A stretch of 32,000 nucleotides of DNA from Candidatus Altimarinota bacterium. Its GTDB lineage: Bacteria; Patescibacteriota; Gracilibacteria; UBA1369. The notes under the pieces are model-generated. The model worked only from the letters and a program-made list of their open reading frames with translations. It did no database searches and was not told the origin of the DNA. The DNA lies in assembly GCA_041659405.1 (NCBI GenBank), contig JBAZYK010000004.1, forward strand, positions 60,001 to 92,000, in the 5' to 3' direction. The translations under genes and the position numbers were made by a program. This document shows positions 1 to 9,090 of this stretch, one piece after another; the first letter of the stretch is position 1, and each line of letters starts with the position of its first letter.

Positions 1-157
1 ATGTGTCGACTTTTCCGCTGGGACTTCCCGCGAAAAGCCGATCAAAAAAATATTGTTAATGAATGCGAAGATTTCCGCATCCATGTTCACCAAAACTCTA
101 GCAAATGCAGATCAAAAAATCTAATTTTATGTCTTGAAATTCGCCGAAAAGTGCAGT

Positions 158-272
158 GTAATATTACAGTGATTTAGCGCTAGAACTAAGCCAAAAAACG
201 CCTATTGCGATTCAGACATTTCGTGATGTAATATTACATGATTTTGTTCCTCGTTTCGTGATGTAATATTAC
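158..272. repeat. Three copies of the perfect palindrome gtaatattac, two within the longer repeat tttcgtgatgtaatattac
   Basis: gtaatattac read at 158-167, 228-237 and 263-272; start spacings 70 and 35 bp. Confidence 0.7.
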
Positions 273-455
273 GCGATTTTATTGCTCACCCCACGACGAA
301 ACACCACGACATTGTTACTTATTTCATGACGAAACATTTCATGTAATTTTGCATCTACTAAAATTCGCATCGCCAACGTTCGCATCGCCCATCAATTCTC
401 GCCAACTTCCAATCCTCCCGCCGACCCCCAATAATATCATTTCCCCGCCGCCCAC

Positions 456-1460
456 CTACCGATGAAACTTATCATGCACTTCCTTCAAGCGCTTATTCGT
501 CACATGCGTGTAGATTTGCGTGGTTGTGATTGAAGAATGCCCCAGCATTTCCTGCACCGAACGGATATCTGCGCCATTAACCAGCATTTCCGTGGCAAAA
601 GAATGCCGCAAAACGTGTGGAGTAACTTTTTTTATGATTCCCGCCCTTCGCGCATATTGCCGCACCAAATACTCGATCATCACCGTACTTAAACGCCTTT
701 TTTCGCCCGAAGTAATATCTTCGGCTGACCATTCGGTATCGCTTCCATCGCGCCTTCCACTTCTCGCATGCCGATAATTCAAAAACAACGGCTCAAAATT
801 ATCATCGCGCATCTTTAAATAAGCTTCAATTGCCACCACCGCGTTCGCAGACAAAAACACAATCCTCGGTTTTTTGCCCTTTCCTCTAACCATAAATTCG
901 CGTCGCACCAGGTCCACCTGTGAACGATTCAAACTCGCCAATTCACTCACGCGCAAACCCGTAGAATACAAAGTTTCCATAATGGCCATGTCCCGCAAAG
1001 CCTGAACTTTGGCCGTTCCACTGACTTTTCTTGAACCATTTAACACCGCCCCAAGCCCTTTATTGACCTCTTCAAAAAGTCGCTCCAGTTCCTCGCGAGT
1101 CAAAAATTCTACAGTCCGTTCCGGAATTTTGCCGAGTTCAATTTTCTCTGGAGCAAGCGTTTCAATATCATTTTTGATGCAGTATTTCAAAAAAGCCCGC
1201 AACGCAATTACATGATAATTCTGAGTTTTGGTACTCAAAAGTTGCTGCCCTTTTTCGTCGACTAATCTGTTCAAATAAAGCCGATAAGCCTGAACTTTTT
1301 CCAGCGTGATGTCTTTAGGCGTGAAATCCTCTTTCCCCCCAGCCCAAGCCGCAAATCGCCCCAAATAATGACGGTAATTTTCAATCGTTTTCCTGGATTG
1401 ATTTTTGCCAATCTCGGCATGTTCCAAAAATCGTGTAATTATTTCCGCAAGTGTCATCAA
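456..1460 (-). CDS. Tyrosine recombinase/integrase, XerC/XerD-like
   Basis: 334 aa; N-terminal SAM-like core-binding region; catalytic pattern TLYSTGLRVSEL...HVLRHSFATEMLVNGADIRSVQEMLGHSSITTTQIYTH, i.e. R..HxxR..H..Y. Confidence 0.95.
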   Translation of the reverse strand: MMTLAEIITRFLEHAEIGKNQSRKTIENYRHYLGRFAAWAGGKEDFTPKDITLEKVQAYRLYLNRLVDEKGQQLLSTKTQNYHVIALRAFLKYCIKNDIETLAPEKIELGKIPERTVEFLTREELERLFEEVNKGLGAVLNGSRKVSGTAKVQALRDMAIMETLYSTGLRVSELASLNRSQVDLVRREFMVRGKGKKPRIVFLSANAVVAIEAYLKMRDDNFEPLFLNYRHARSGRRDGSDTEWSAEDITSGEKRRLSTVMIEYLVRQYARRAGIIKKVTPHVLRHSFATEMLVNGADIRSVQEMLGHSSITTTQIYTHVTNKRLKEVHDKFHR

Positions 1461-1569
1461 GCAAAATTTTTAAGATCTTTTTTCTGTCACATCATATCTT
1501 AAATCTTCAAATTTTTCTGTATCTTGTACTTCTGCCCAGTCCGATCCGCTCTCTAATCATATACTCTAA

Positions 1570-1600
1570 CTATATAAGATTATATAAGATTACCGGCAAA
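1570..1600 (-). promoter_or_regulatory. Candidate AT-rich promoter for the recombinase gene, with tandem tatataagat copies
   Basis: tatataagat at 1571-1580 and 1581-1590. On the minus strand this reads ttgccg...tataat/tatata, between an upstream terminator and the recombinase start. Confidence 0.4.
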
Positions 1601-1612
1601 GATTCATGCAAA

Positions 1613-1643
1613 AAAAGCCCGGAGGTTTTAATTCCGGGCTTTT
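1613..1643 (-). terminator. Rho-independent-type terminator for the leftward SLH gene
   Basis: Perfect 11-bp stem aaaagcccgga/tccgggctttt with a 9-nt loop, just downstream of the stop at 1719; A/T-rich flanks would also allow bidirectional use. Confidence 0.85.
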
Positions 1644-1718
1644 CAATCTTAGATTTACGCGCGCTTGTGTTTACGCGCGAAGTTCCCACTTTTCCCGCAC
1701 ACCATGCGTCTCCACCAT

Positions 1719-4370
1719 TTACGGTCTAATCGCGTTCATAATAATTTTCAACATTTCCGCATTGGTAATTGGATCTTCCGGAGCGAAAATATGAGGAGCC
1801 TTTCCCTGGAAAATTGTTGGGTTGTAATCCCATAATGAACGGAAGTACTGGCCTTCCCAATCAGCATTAATGTCTGTAGCAATGTTATTCGGTGCGCCGG
1901 TTCCACAACTCCAATGCCACTGTGCATGATAATAACATTCAGCAGGAGTTCTTAAGTGAAAAGTCGGATCCTTATATTTGATCATCTTGGCAAGAATTGA
2001 CGCCGCTTCCGCTCTTGTTAGCGTTGCGTAAGGTCTAAAATTTTGAGCGTTTACGATTATTCCCAAAGAATTTGCCTTGGCAATATAACCTGCCGTAACC
2101 AAATCTCCGACATTGTCATTAAATGTAGTTCCGCATTGGACATTAGTACAAGGCGTAGATGTCTGAGCCAACGCACGCATTGCCATTACCGCCACGTCTG
2201 CTCTGGTAATAGGTTGATTTGGATTAAAAAGTCCATTTGCATTTGTCACTATAACCCCCAGGTCAACAGCTTTTTTAATGATACTTTCAGCCCAATGGCC
2301 GGAAATATCAGTTGGCAAAGTTTTTGTTAATTGAGAAGTTTGTGGAGGAGTTTGCTGAGCGGCGGCATCCGCAGCGGCCTGTTTAGCAGCAGCATCTGCG
2401 GCCAATTGGGCAGCAGCGTCAGCAGCGGCCTTCTGAGCAGCTTGATCTGCGGCCTGTTGGGCAGCGACATCTGCGGCAGCCTGATCTGCGGCTTGTTTGG
2501 CAGCAGCCTGATCCGCAGCCAATTTAGCAGCGTCATCATTTGCAGCCTGTTGAGCAGCTAACTTAGCATCCGCCTCAGCTTTTAGAGCGGCTAATGCAGC
2601 AGCAGATTCAGCTTTTTGATCATCCAATGCTTTTTGGGCAGCAGCCTGTTGAGCAGCCAATTTAGCATCTGCCTCTGCTTTTTGTGCTGCCAAATCATCC
2701 GCCGCTTTTTTAATTTTAGCAGCAGCAAGATCTTTATCAGCCTGTTTTTTTGCCTCATTGCTTGCAAATTTTGCCTTACCTTCTGTTAGTGCTGATGCGT
2801 ATGCAGTAGAGGCAGCCACAGCAGCAGTCTTAACTTTAGCCGTGTTTAACTTGGCGGTATTCCAATTACCTAAAGCTGTTTTGTATATGGCTGCAACTAT
2901 TGGTGATTTATTATCAATTTTCAGGAAGTTACCATTAACAAGCCCATAAGCAAACGGCGTGTTCCAATTTGCTTCGCCAGCATCGGTACTCGCTTGTTTT
3001 GCAATATCTATTTGTTTTTGAATTTCAGCATCTGTTAATTGATTAATTGGTGGTGTTTGTACTCGTCCACCTGGTCCAGGTACTGCAGTCCTAGAAGCTC
3101 CTATAATAATAACAGGAGCATTTTTAATTACAGACAATGCCGCCTTTGCTTTTTTTGCAGCATCTTCAGCAATTTTTAGATATCCAGCTATTTCTGCTGT
3201 TTTTTGGGTAACTATAGTTGCAGCAGCTTGTGCAGCAGTCAAGGCCGCGGCGCTACCAGTGAGTGTGACCTCAATATAACTAGCAGTTACACTTAGTTTA
3301 TCTGGATTTTTTTGAAAATAATCTTTGAATGTTGTTCCTTCATAATTAAACACAATTTTTGGAGCGATATCTGCAGTTTTTGCGCCATCCGGATTTGATT
3401 GAGAATAAGTTTTAGTGTGATTTGTACTAATTTTCTTACCATCAGCATCAACCCAGACATATTCTTTTACACTAAAATTACCTGAAGTATCAGTAGTATT
3501 TTCCCAAAGAACTGTGTATCCATCCTTTTGTACTTTTCCTACAGCTGTTACTTTTGGTGGTGTAGGTGGCATTTCCAAATTAAGAGAACAATTGGTTTCA
3601 GTATAATAGGCATTGGCAGGAGTTGTTCCAGCGCCCGTTTTTATATCATAATTCCAGTCGGAATATATAATGGCTCCAGATAAAGTAGCTGTTACTTTTG
3701 TACTATCTTTAGGATAGGTAACCTTAATTGCTTTTCCACCAATCGATTGATCAACTATAGTACCATGACTGTTTGTGGCTGAAGCCCAGCCATTTGCCTG
3801 ATCCTGATGAGGACCACCTGGTTGGTTCAGGCTGCGCACCCAACCAACATCTACGATATGATCAGTTCCATCATTATTCTTTGAATATGCTCCAAGAGCT
3901 TCCCACCCAAAATACAGTACTTTAAAATGTTCTTGAATATCATTCATAGGTATTAGTGGAGTATTAGCTATAATTTGCGAAACACCATTGCCTGTCCAAA
4001 TAACATCTATTGATCCGTCTAGATTACGTTTATCAGCTGGTTTTCCTGAACATTGCATTACTAAACTACCACCACCCCAGGCGTTCGGCCAACCTCCATA
4101 ATAACCAGATTCCACACTGTTTCCTTTCAATGAGCCAATTTTCACCCCCAATGAGTTATCCAACTGCCCCTTAAACAAACTTCCTCTATTCAAATAAACT
4201 GCTGGAACTGTGATTCCAACAATCAAAGCGCCCAACACAATGTAGGCAATAATTTTTTGTTTTTTGGTTGGCTTTTTTACGGCCTTTTTTATTTGATCCA
4301 TGAGTTCTTTTATTTTTTGCATATATTTTTGTGTTAGAGGTTTTTTAAATAAATCATAACATTGTAACAC
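1719..4370 (-). CDS. Membrane-anchored surface protein with Ala-rich predicted coiled coil and C-terminal SLH domains
   Basis: 883 aa ORF; hydrophobic N-terminal segment IIAYIVLGALIVGITVPAVYL; long AAQQAADQAAAK-type region; SLH-like repeats (DISGHWAESIIKKAVDLGVIVTNANGLFNPNQPITRADVAVMAMRAL, etc.). The real start may be the internal Met at 4322. Confidence 0.85.
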   Translation of the reverse strand: MLQCYDLFKKPLTQKYMQKIKELMDQIKKAVKKPTKKQKIIAYIVLGALIVGITVPAVYLNRGSLFKGQLDNSLGVKIGSLKGNSVESGYYGGWPNAWGGGSLVMQCSGKPADKRNLDGSIDVIWTGNGVSQIIANTPLIPMNDIQEHFKVLYFGWEALGAYSKNNDGTDHIVDVGWVRSLNQPGGPHQDQANGWASATNSHGTIVDQSIGGKAIKVTYPKDSTKVTATLSGAIIYSDWNYDIKTGAGTTPANAYYTETNCSLNLEMPPTPPKVTAVGKVQKDGYTVLWENTTDTSGNFSVKEYVWVDADGKKISTNHTKTYSQSNPDGAKTADIAPKIVFNYEGTTFKDYFQKNPDKLSVTASYIEVTLTGSAAALTAAQAAATIVTQKTAEIAGYLKIAEDAAKKAKAALSVIKNAPVIIIGASRTAVPGPGGRVQTPPINQLTDAEIQKQIDIAKQASTDAGEANWNTPFAYGLVNGNFLKIDNKSPIVAAIYKTALGNWNTAKLNTAKVKTAAVAASTAYASALTEGKAKFASNEAKKQADKDLAAAKIKKAADDLAAQKAEADAKLAAQQAAAQKALDDQKAESAAALAALKAEADAKLAAQQAANDDAAKLAADQAAAKQAADQAAADVAAQQAADQAAQKAAADAAAQLAADAAAKQAAADAAAQQTPPQTSQLTKTLPTDISGHWAESIIKKAVDLGVIVTNANGLFNPNQPITRADVAVMAMRALAQTSTPCTNVQCGTTFNDNVGDLVTAGYIAKANSLGIIVNAQNFRPYATLTRAEAASILAKMIKYKDPTFHLRTPAECYYHAQWHWSCGTGAPNNIATDINADWEGQYFRSLWDYNPTIFQGKAPHIFAPEDPITNAEMLKIIMNAIRP

Positions 4371-4408
4371 GTTTGGGATTTTTGTTCAATCCAAATTTAG
4401 GATTTGCC

Positions 4409-5536
4409 TCAAATCAATTCCCAAATATTGGCTTTGTTGATGACTTTTATGTCTGTGCCCGGGTAGGCGGCAATAAATTCTTTTGGGATTTTATATTTTT
4501 TTTCGCCCCATTTGAATTCAAAAGCTTTTAGCTTTCCGCCTTCTTCTTCCAGATAATCGATTTCTTTTTGATCCTGTGTTCTCCAAAAATAAGTGTTGAC
4601 CAATTTGCGATTAAAAGTGTTGGCCTTGGCTCTTTCCGCAATACAAAAATTTTCCCACATGGCTCCAACATCTGTTCTTAAAGCTAGTTCGTTGAAATTT
4701 TTTATCAGACTATTGCGAATTCCAAGGTCATAAAAATAGATTTTACGCATTTTACTTATTTCTTTTCGCAGATTTCTACTAAACGGATTTAGGCGGAATA
4801 TGACAAAAGATTTTTCGAGAATTTGGATGTATTTTTCGACAGTTATTTTGTTTATCTTCAGTAAGTTGGCAAGTTCGGTATAGGAAACTTCCTGTCCTAG
4901 TTGCAGGGCAAGTGCCTGCAATAATTTTTGTAAAATCTCGGGATTTTTCAGTTTTTCAAACGCGAGTATATCTTTATAAAGATAATTTTGGGCAATTGCG
5001 GAAATGATTTCCGGAGCTTCCACAGGGCTTGAATTGATAACTTTTGGATAATTTCCAAATCTTAAAAATCTTTCAAACAGTCTCGAAAGTTCAATTTCGG
5101 AATATTGCTGTTTCAATTCCAGAAGTGAAATAGGGTAGAGCCTGAATTCAATTGATCTGCCTGTTAACGGCTCCGATATGTGATTACTCAGGTCAAAACT
5201 TGATGATCCCGTAGCTATTATCTGAATTTCAGGAAAGTTATCAACCAGAAGCTTCAAAGTAATTCCGATGTCTCTCACCCTTTGCGCTTCATCAATTACA
5301 ATCAATTTTTTATCTCCGATTATTTGTTTTAATTCGGTAGAGGTTTTATTTTCCAGGGATTGTTTTATGTCCGGCTCATCACAGTTAAGATAAAGTGATC
5401 CGCCAATTTGATGTTTTTTCAATAAATCTTTGCTAAGTGTGGTTTTTCCAACCTGTCGGGCTCCATAAATTATGATAATTTTGCCTTTAAAAAGTTGTTT
5501 TTCGATGAGTGGTTCAATTGCTCTATTAAAATTCAT
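4409..5536 (-). CDS. AAA family ATPase with DUF4143-like C-terminal region
   Basis: Walker A GARQVGKTTLSKDLL, Walker B-like KLIVIDEAQR, C-terminal RKIYFYDLGIRNSLI...YFWRTQDQKEIDYLEEEGGKLKAFEFKW. The track ORF runs to 5803, but start MNFNRAIEPLIEK at 5536 matches the usual N-terminus and avoids overlap with the divergent gene. Confidence 0.88.
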   Translation of the reverse strand: MNFNRAIEPLIEKQLFKGKIIIIYGARQVGKTTLSKDLLKKHQIGGSLYLNCDEPDIKQSLENKTSTELKQIIGDKKLIVIDEAQRVRDIGITLKLLVDNFPEIQIIATGSSSFDLSNHISEPLTGRSIEFRLYPISLLELKQQYSEIELSRLFERFLRFGNYPKVINSSPVEAPEIISAIAQNYLYKDILAFEKLKNPEILQKLLQALALQLGQEVSYTELANLLKINKITVEKYIQILEKSFVIFRLNPFSRNLRKEISKMRKIYFYDLGIRNSLIKNFNELALRTDVGAMWENFCIAERAKANTFNRKLVNTYFWRTQDQKEIDYLEEEGGKLKAFEFKWGEKKYKIPKEFIAAYPGTDIKVINKANIWELI

Positions 5537-5744
5537 ATAAGTTGGGTTACTTAAGTGACTCAATTGTATACTATTTGCGTCACTGGCGCAAGTTTTTGTT
5601 CTAAATTTTTCTATTACGCACGAAGTGCCTACCTCTACCGCGAGTAAAGCGAGCTCCTTATTCCATGCCAAGCCAAAAATCGCCTGATTCTCTTTGCCAA
5701 AATCCCCAAAATTTGCTAAAATATAGGGATTTAAAACAAAAATC

Positions 5745-8700
5745 ATGCGCCTTTCCGGATTAAAAACAGATTTCAAAAAATTTTTCAGCCGAAAAGATAA
5801 CATTATCTACACGGTTGGAATGGTCTTATTGGTTGGTGTAGCTGCCGCTTCATTTTTGGTTTCAAGGGTGTCAAATATTGGCCCTAATCTAAAAGGTGAG
5901 CAGATCGATTTTAATGCAAGTTACCTTTCCTGTACAGGTACTCCAAATCCAAAGGATCCATCAATTACCTGGACCGCCGTATTGATATCGGGAAATGGAG
6001 ATGTGACTCCACTCCTTGCAGACCTTCCCGGCACGACCATCGCGTGGCAATTTGATGGCGAGGCCTATTCTAAGTACGGGGTCTCAACAACAGTTGATTA
6101 CGTCCTTGATGATCCGGGATACCAGCCTAAAACATGGACTGCTCAACCAACAATGAGTGGCCTTTTATCAATGACGGGCACCGCTTGTAAAACAGACTTG
6201 GCAAAAGTAAAACCAAATCTCAAATATACCTGCGAAGCAAAGCAAAAAGGAAAAACCGTAGACGATCAAAACCCTGCAACAACGGTAGACGGCGTTGTGT
6301 CTTTTGATGTTGCGCCAAGAGATGATGAAAACTTAAACTATCTCCCCATCGAATCACCGCTGATAGGCAACCAGGTAGGAATTATCAAATCAACGATTGA
6401 TGTTATAACAACCGATAAAGGCTGCGGAAATGACAAGGCTTGTCTCGCTAAAACCACTACCAGCACCAAAGTACCTTGCAGTTTTAAATTACTCGGCCCA
6501 CCACCGGCTCCGGGTGGAATATGTACAGTCAACGGAGGCACAAAAGCAATTACCGACGCAAAATATAACGATACGGTAACTTTTAATTTGGATAAACTTA
6601 CAGCAAACAGTCCCGGTGCCACTCAAACTATTAATTGGTCGGGATTTCCTGTTGCGGCAGACGCAAGTAAATACGCACTATTGCCAACTTTTAAATATAG
6701 TTTTACCAAATCGGGAGAGCACACCATCAAAGCAAAAATCACAAGAAAAGATTTGATTGCAAATCTTACTTCGGAAACAACCGTAATTTGTCCGACTGTC
6801 AAGGTCGCTATGCTCGCTAATAACAATAACAATCCTGGAAACGTTAATTTAGGCAATATTTCGGACCAGCCCGCTGGACAGGCGCAAATAAACGGCCCGG
6901 CAACCGCCATGACCTGCGCCGGAAAAGTTGATAATAAGTCTACACTGGTGCGCTGGACAGCAACTTTAAACGGAAAACAGCCTGCGAATTCCAAAGCCTC
7001 CTGGAAAGATGGTTCCGGGACTCCGGGTTTAAATTTTGGGACACTTCTAAATGCAGAAAAAATTGTTTACAAGGTCGCCGATTTGCAAAAAAACAAAGGG
7101 GCTTCCGTGAAAGTAGACTTATATTCAGTGGACCCGGTTACAAAGAAGCTTCTAAAACCTATCTCGGGGTTATCAGCCACCTGCTCTTTAACTTTGGGTG
7201 ATTTTGGAAGTGCTATTCCAATTCCGGCCGATGCCCCAAAAATTACTTCCTGTAAAGGTACTCAGACAAGCCAAAATGGAGATGATGTTCAAGTTGTCTG
7301 GTCAGCGGAAGCGGATGATAAACTTTTACCAACAGACGTATTTCTTTGGGGAGGAAAGGGTGTGCCAAAATCTACCATGGGCCAACAATCAGCACCAGTC
7401 ACATATAAATTGGCTGATGGTTCCGCGGATGCTATGGTATTCCTTACCCGTAATGGGCAATTTGTCGACATGACAAAGTCCCCCTGTCATGCCACTTTTC
7501 AAGCAGGCGATCAACCACCTGGAGGCGATCAACCACCGGGAGGTGATCAACCACCGGGGGGCGACCAACCACCGGGAGGCGACGAACCACCACCACCGGG
7601 CTCAACCCCAACGATTAACGCGCTAAACGCAGTTCAAAACAATAGCATAGTAACTTTTAGTTACAGTCTTTCAAATTCAAGCGGCAGTGCCACAATCAAC
7701 GCTCAACTTTTGGATCAATCAAAAACAGCCGTTAAAACTTGGGATCCATTAACAAATCAATCGGACGGATCAAATACTTTAATTTGGGATTCGGCCAAAG
7801 CGGGGCAATACACTTTTATAATTTCAGGGACGGATGGTGCGAACTTAATTCCCAATCAAACAAAAGATTTTATTTTTGATGACGCCGTAGCCGACCTGCC
7901 ACCCCCGGGCGACGAGCCGGTAGTTCCTCTAAGTCCAGCCAAGGACGTTGTAAATTGTACTCTTACGCAGGATACGGTGGCTCTGCAAAACAACACATCA
8001 GCAAGCCTGAATTGTACTGTTACGCCAAGCACTTATATTTCCGCATTGGTGGTGACCGGCGATGTTGATCCATCGCAATATACTTCTCCGGATCTTATTG
8101 CCGATCAAGACATCATAAAAAATGTCTACACGGATCAGCAATTTACCGACCCAAGTTTTGAAATCAGTTTTGACGGTAAGGATAAATTTGATAGCGTAGT
8201 TAGTACGGGTGATTACACTTTCTTGGTTTATGGTCGTCCCGATTCAACTTACAATTACGATATTTCCAAACAAAAATTCACGGTTGTAGAGTCTGCGCCT
8301 ATAGTAGAAAGCCAAGTCGAAAACCCGGCCCAAACTCCAGTCGAAACCTCACCGGTACAACCTGCGCAACCGACAAAAACCGTTTCAAACCTCAGCAAAT
8401 CCGGTGCGCCTTATCCAAAAGATGTTTACATTAATCATTGGGCTTATGCTTTGATCAGGGCTGCTTACGATGCCGGTTTTGTTTCCGGCTATCCTAATGG
8501 AACTTTTAGACCGGATAAGCCGGTAAAGCGTGATGAAGCGATTAAAATGGGTCTAGTCATGTTTGTTAAGCCGGCATTTTGTTACACCACCGATTGCGGA
8601 ACTCCATTCATGGACTTGAACAAATCTTTATCCCCATGGGTCCGCAAAGCCTGGGAAATGAAAATCGTAAAAGGTTATAACGATATAACTTTTGGTGCCA

Positions 8701-8996
8701 ATAATTTAATGACCAGGGGCGAAGCGGTGGCTTTTATTGCCAAACTTGCCTACGCCATGAAGATGATCCCTGAGCCATTTTATAAGGGCTGCTATACAGC
8801 CAATTGTGGCGCCGGCTACCCAAATATTTTTAAAGACATCACAAATATTGCAACCGGAGCCTATTTAAAAGAACTGCTCAACTTTAATCCAAATATTGTG
8901 CAGGGTGTATCTAAAGGAAAATTTAATCCAAACGCTCCAATCACCAGAGCCGAACTTCTAAAAATTCTTTTGAAATTAAAAGATTTCCAGCAATAA
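5745..8996 (+). CDS. Large surface protein with N-terminal TM segment, FlgD-like Ig region and C-terminal SLH domains
   Basis: 1083 aa; N-terminal TM YTVGMVLLVGVAAASFLVS; Pro/Gly linker; C-terminal SLH repeats YINHWAYALIRAAYDAGFVSGYPNGTFRPDKPVKRDEAIKM, etc. Confidence 0.85.
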   Translation: MRLSGLKTDFKKFFSRKDNIIYTVGMVLLVGVAAASFLVSRVSNIGPNLKGEQIDFNASYLSCTGTPNPKDPSITWTAVLISGNGDVTPLLADLPGTTIAWQFDGEAYSKYGVSTTVDYVLDDPGYQPKTWTAQPTMSGLLSMTGTACKTDLAKVKPNLKYTCEAKQKGKTVDDQNPATTVDGVVSFDVAPRDDENLNYLPIESPLIGNQVGIIKSTIDVITTDKGCGNDKACLAKTTTSTKVPCSFKLLGPPPAPGGICTVNGGTKAITDAKYNDTVTFNLDKLTANSPGATQTINWSGFPVAADASKYALLPTFKYSFTKSGEHTIKAKITRKDLIANLTSETTVICPTVKVAMLANNNNNPGNVNLGNISDQPAGQAQINGPATAMTCAGKVDNKSTLVRWTATLNGKQPANSKASWKDGSGTPGLNFGTLLNAEKIVYKVADLQKNKGASVKVDLYSVDPVTKKLLKPISGLSATCSLTLGDFGSAIPIPADAPKITSCKGTQTSQNGDDVQVVWSAEADDKLLPTDVFLWGGKGVPKSTMGQQSAPVTYKLADGSADAMVFLTRNGQFVDMTKSPCHATFQAGDQPPGGDQPPGGDQPPGGDQPPGGDEPPPPGSTPTINALNAVQNNSIVTFSYSLSNSSGSATINAQLLDQSKTAVKTWDPLTNQSDGSNTLIWDSAKAGQYTFIISGTDGANLIPNQTKDFIFDDAVADLPPPGDEPVVPLSPAKDVVNCTLTQDTVALQNNTSASLNCTVTPSTYISALVVTGDVDPSQYTSPDLIADQDIIKNVYTDQQFTDPSFEISFDGKDKFDSVVSTGDYTFLVYGRPDSTYNYDISKQKFTVVESAPIVESQVENPAQTPVETSPVQPAQPTKTVSNLSKSGAPYPKDVYINHWAYALIRAAYDAGFVSGYPNGTFRPDKPVKRDEAIKMGLVMFVKPAFCYTTDCGTPFMDLNKSLSPWVRKAWEMKIVKGYNDITFGANNLMTRGEAVAFIAKLAYAMKMIPEPFYKGCYTANCGAGYPNIFKDITNIATGAYLKELLNFNPNIVQGVSKGKFNPNAPITRAELLKILLKLKDFQQ
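7506..7595 (+). repeat. In-frame 18-bp tandem repeat encoding GGDQPP (about 5 units)
   Basis: Units ggcgatcaaccacctgga, ggcgatcaaccaccggga, ggtgatcaaccaccgggg, ggcgaccaaccaccggga, then ggcgacgaaccaccacca. Confidence 0.95.
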
Positions 8997-9090
8997 ATCC
9001 ATCGCATCTGATTGCTTAAAATCGCGTTTTATTGTAATAATTTAGGGACTCCCACGTTTTAATAGCAGGAGAACTTTTTAACCCTATTTT

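Noticed and set aside
1-455. Possible CRISPR array in the left-edge repeats
   Set aside because: Only short imperfect repeats, irregular spacing (35/70), no repeat-spacer structure and no cas genes.
5537-5803. N-terminal extension of the DUF4143-type ATPase ORF
   Set aside because: It overlaps the divergent SLH gene start, and typical proteins of this type begin close to the MNFNRAIEPLIEK segment.
6338-7471. Minus-strand ORFs (94, 123, 60 aa) and plus ORF 7198..7473 inside the large SLH gene
   Set aside because: Fully contained in a convincing 1083-aa CDS; no independent support.
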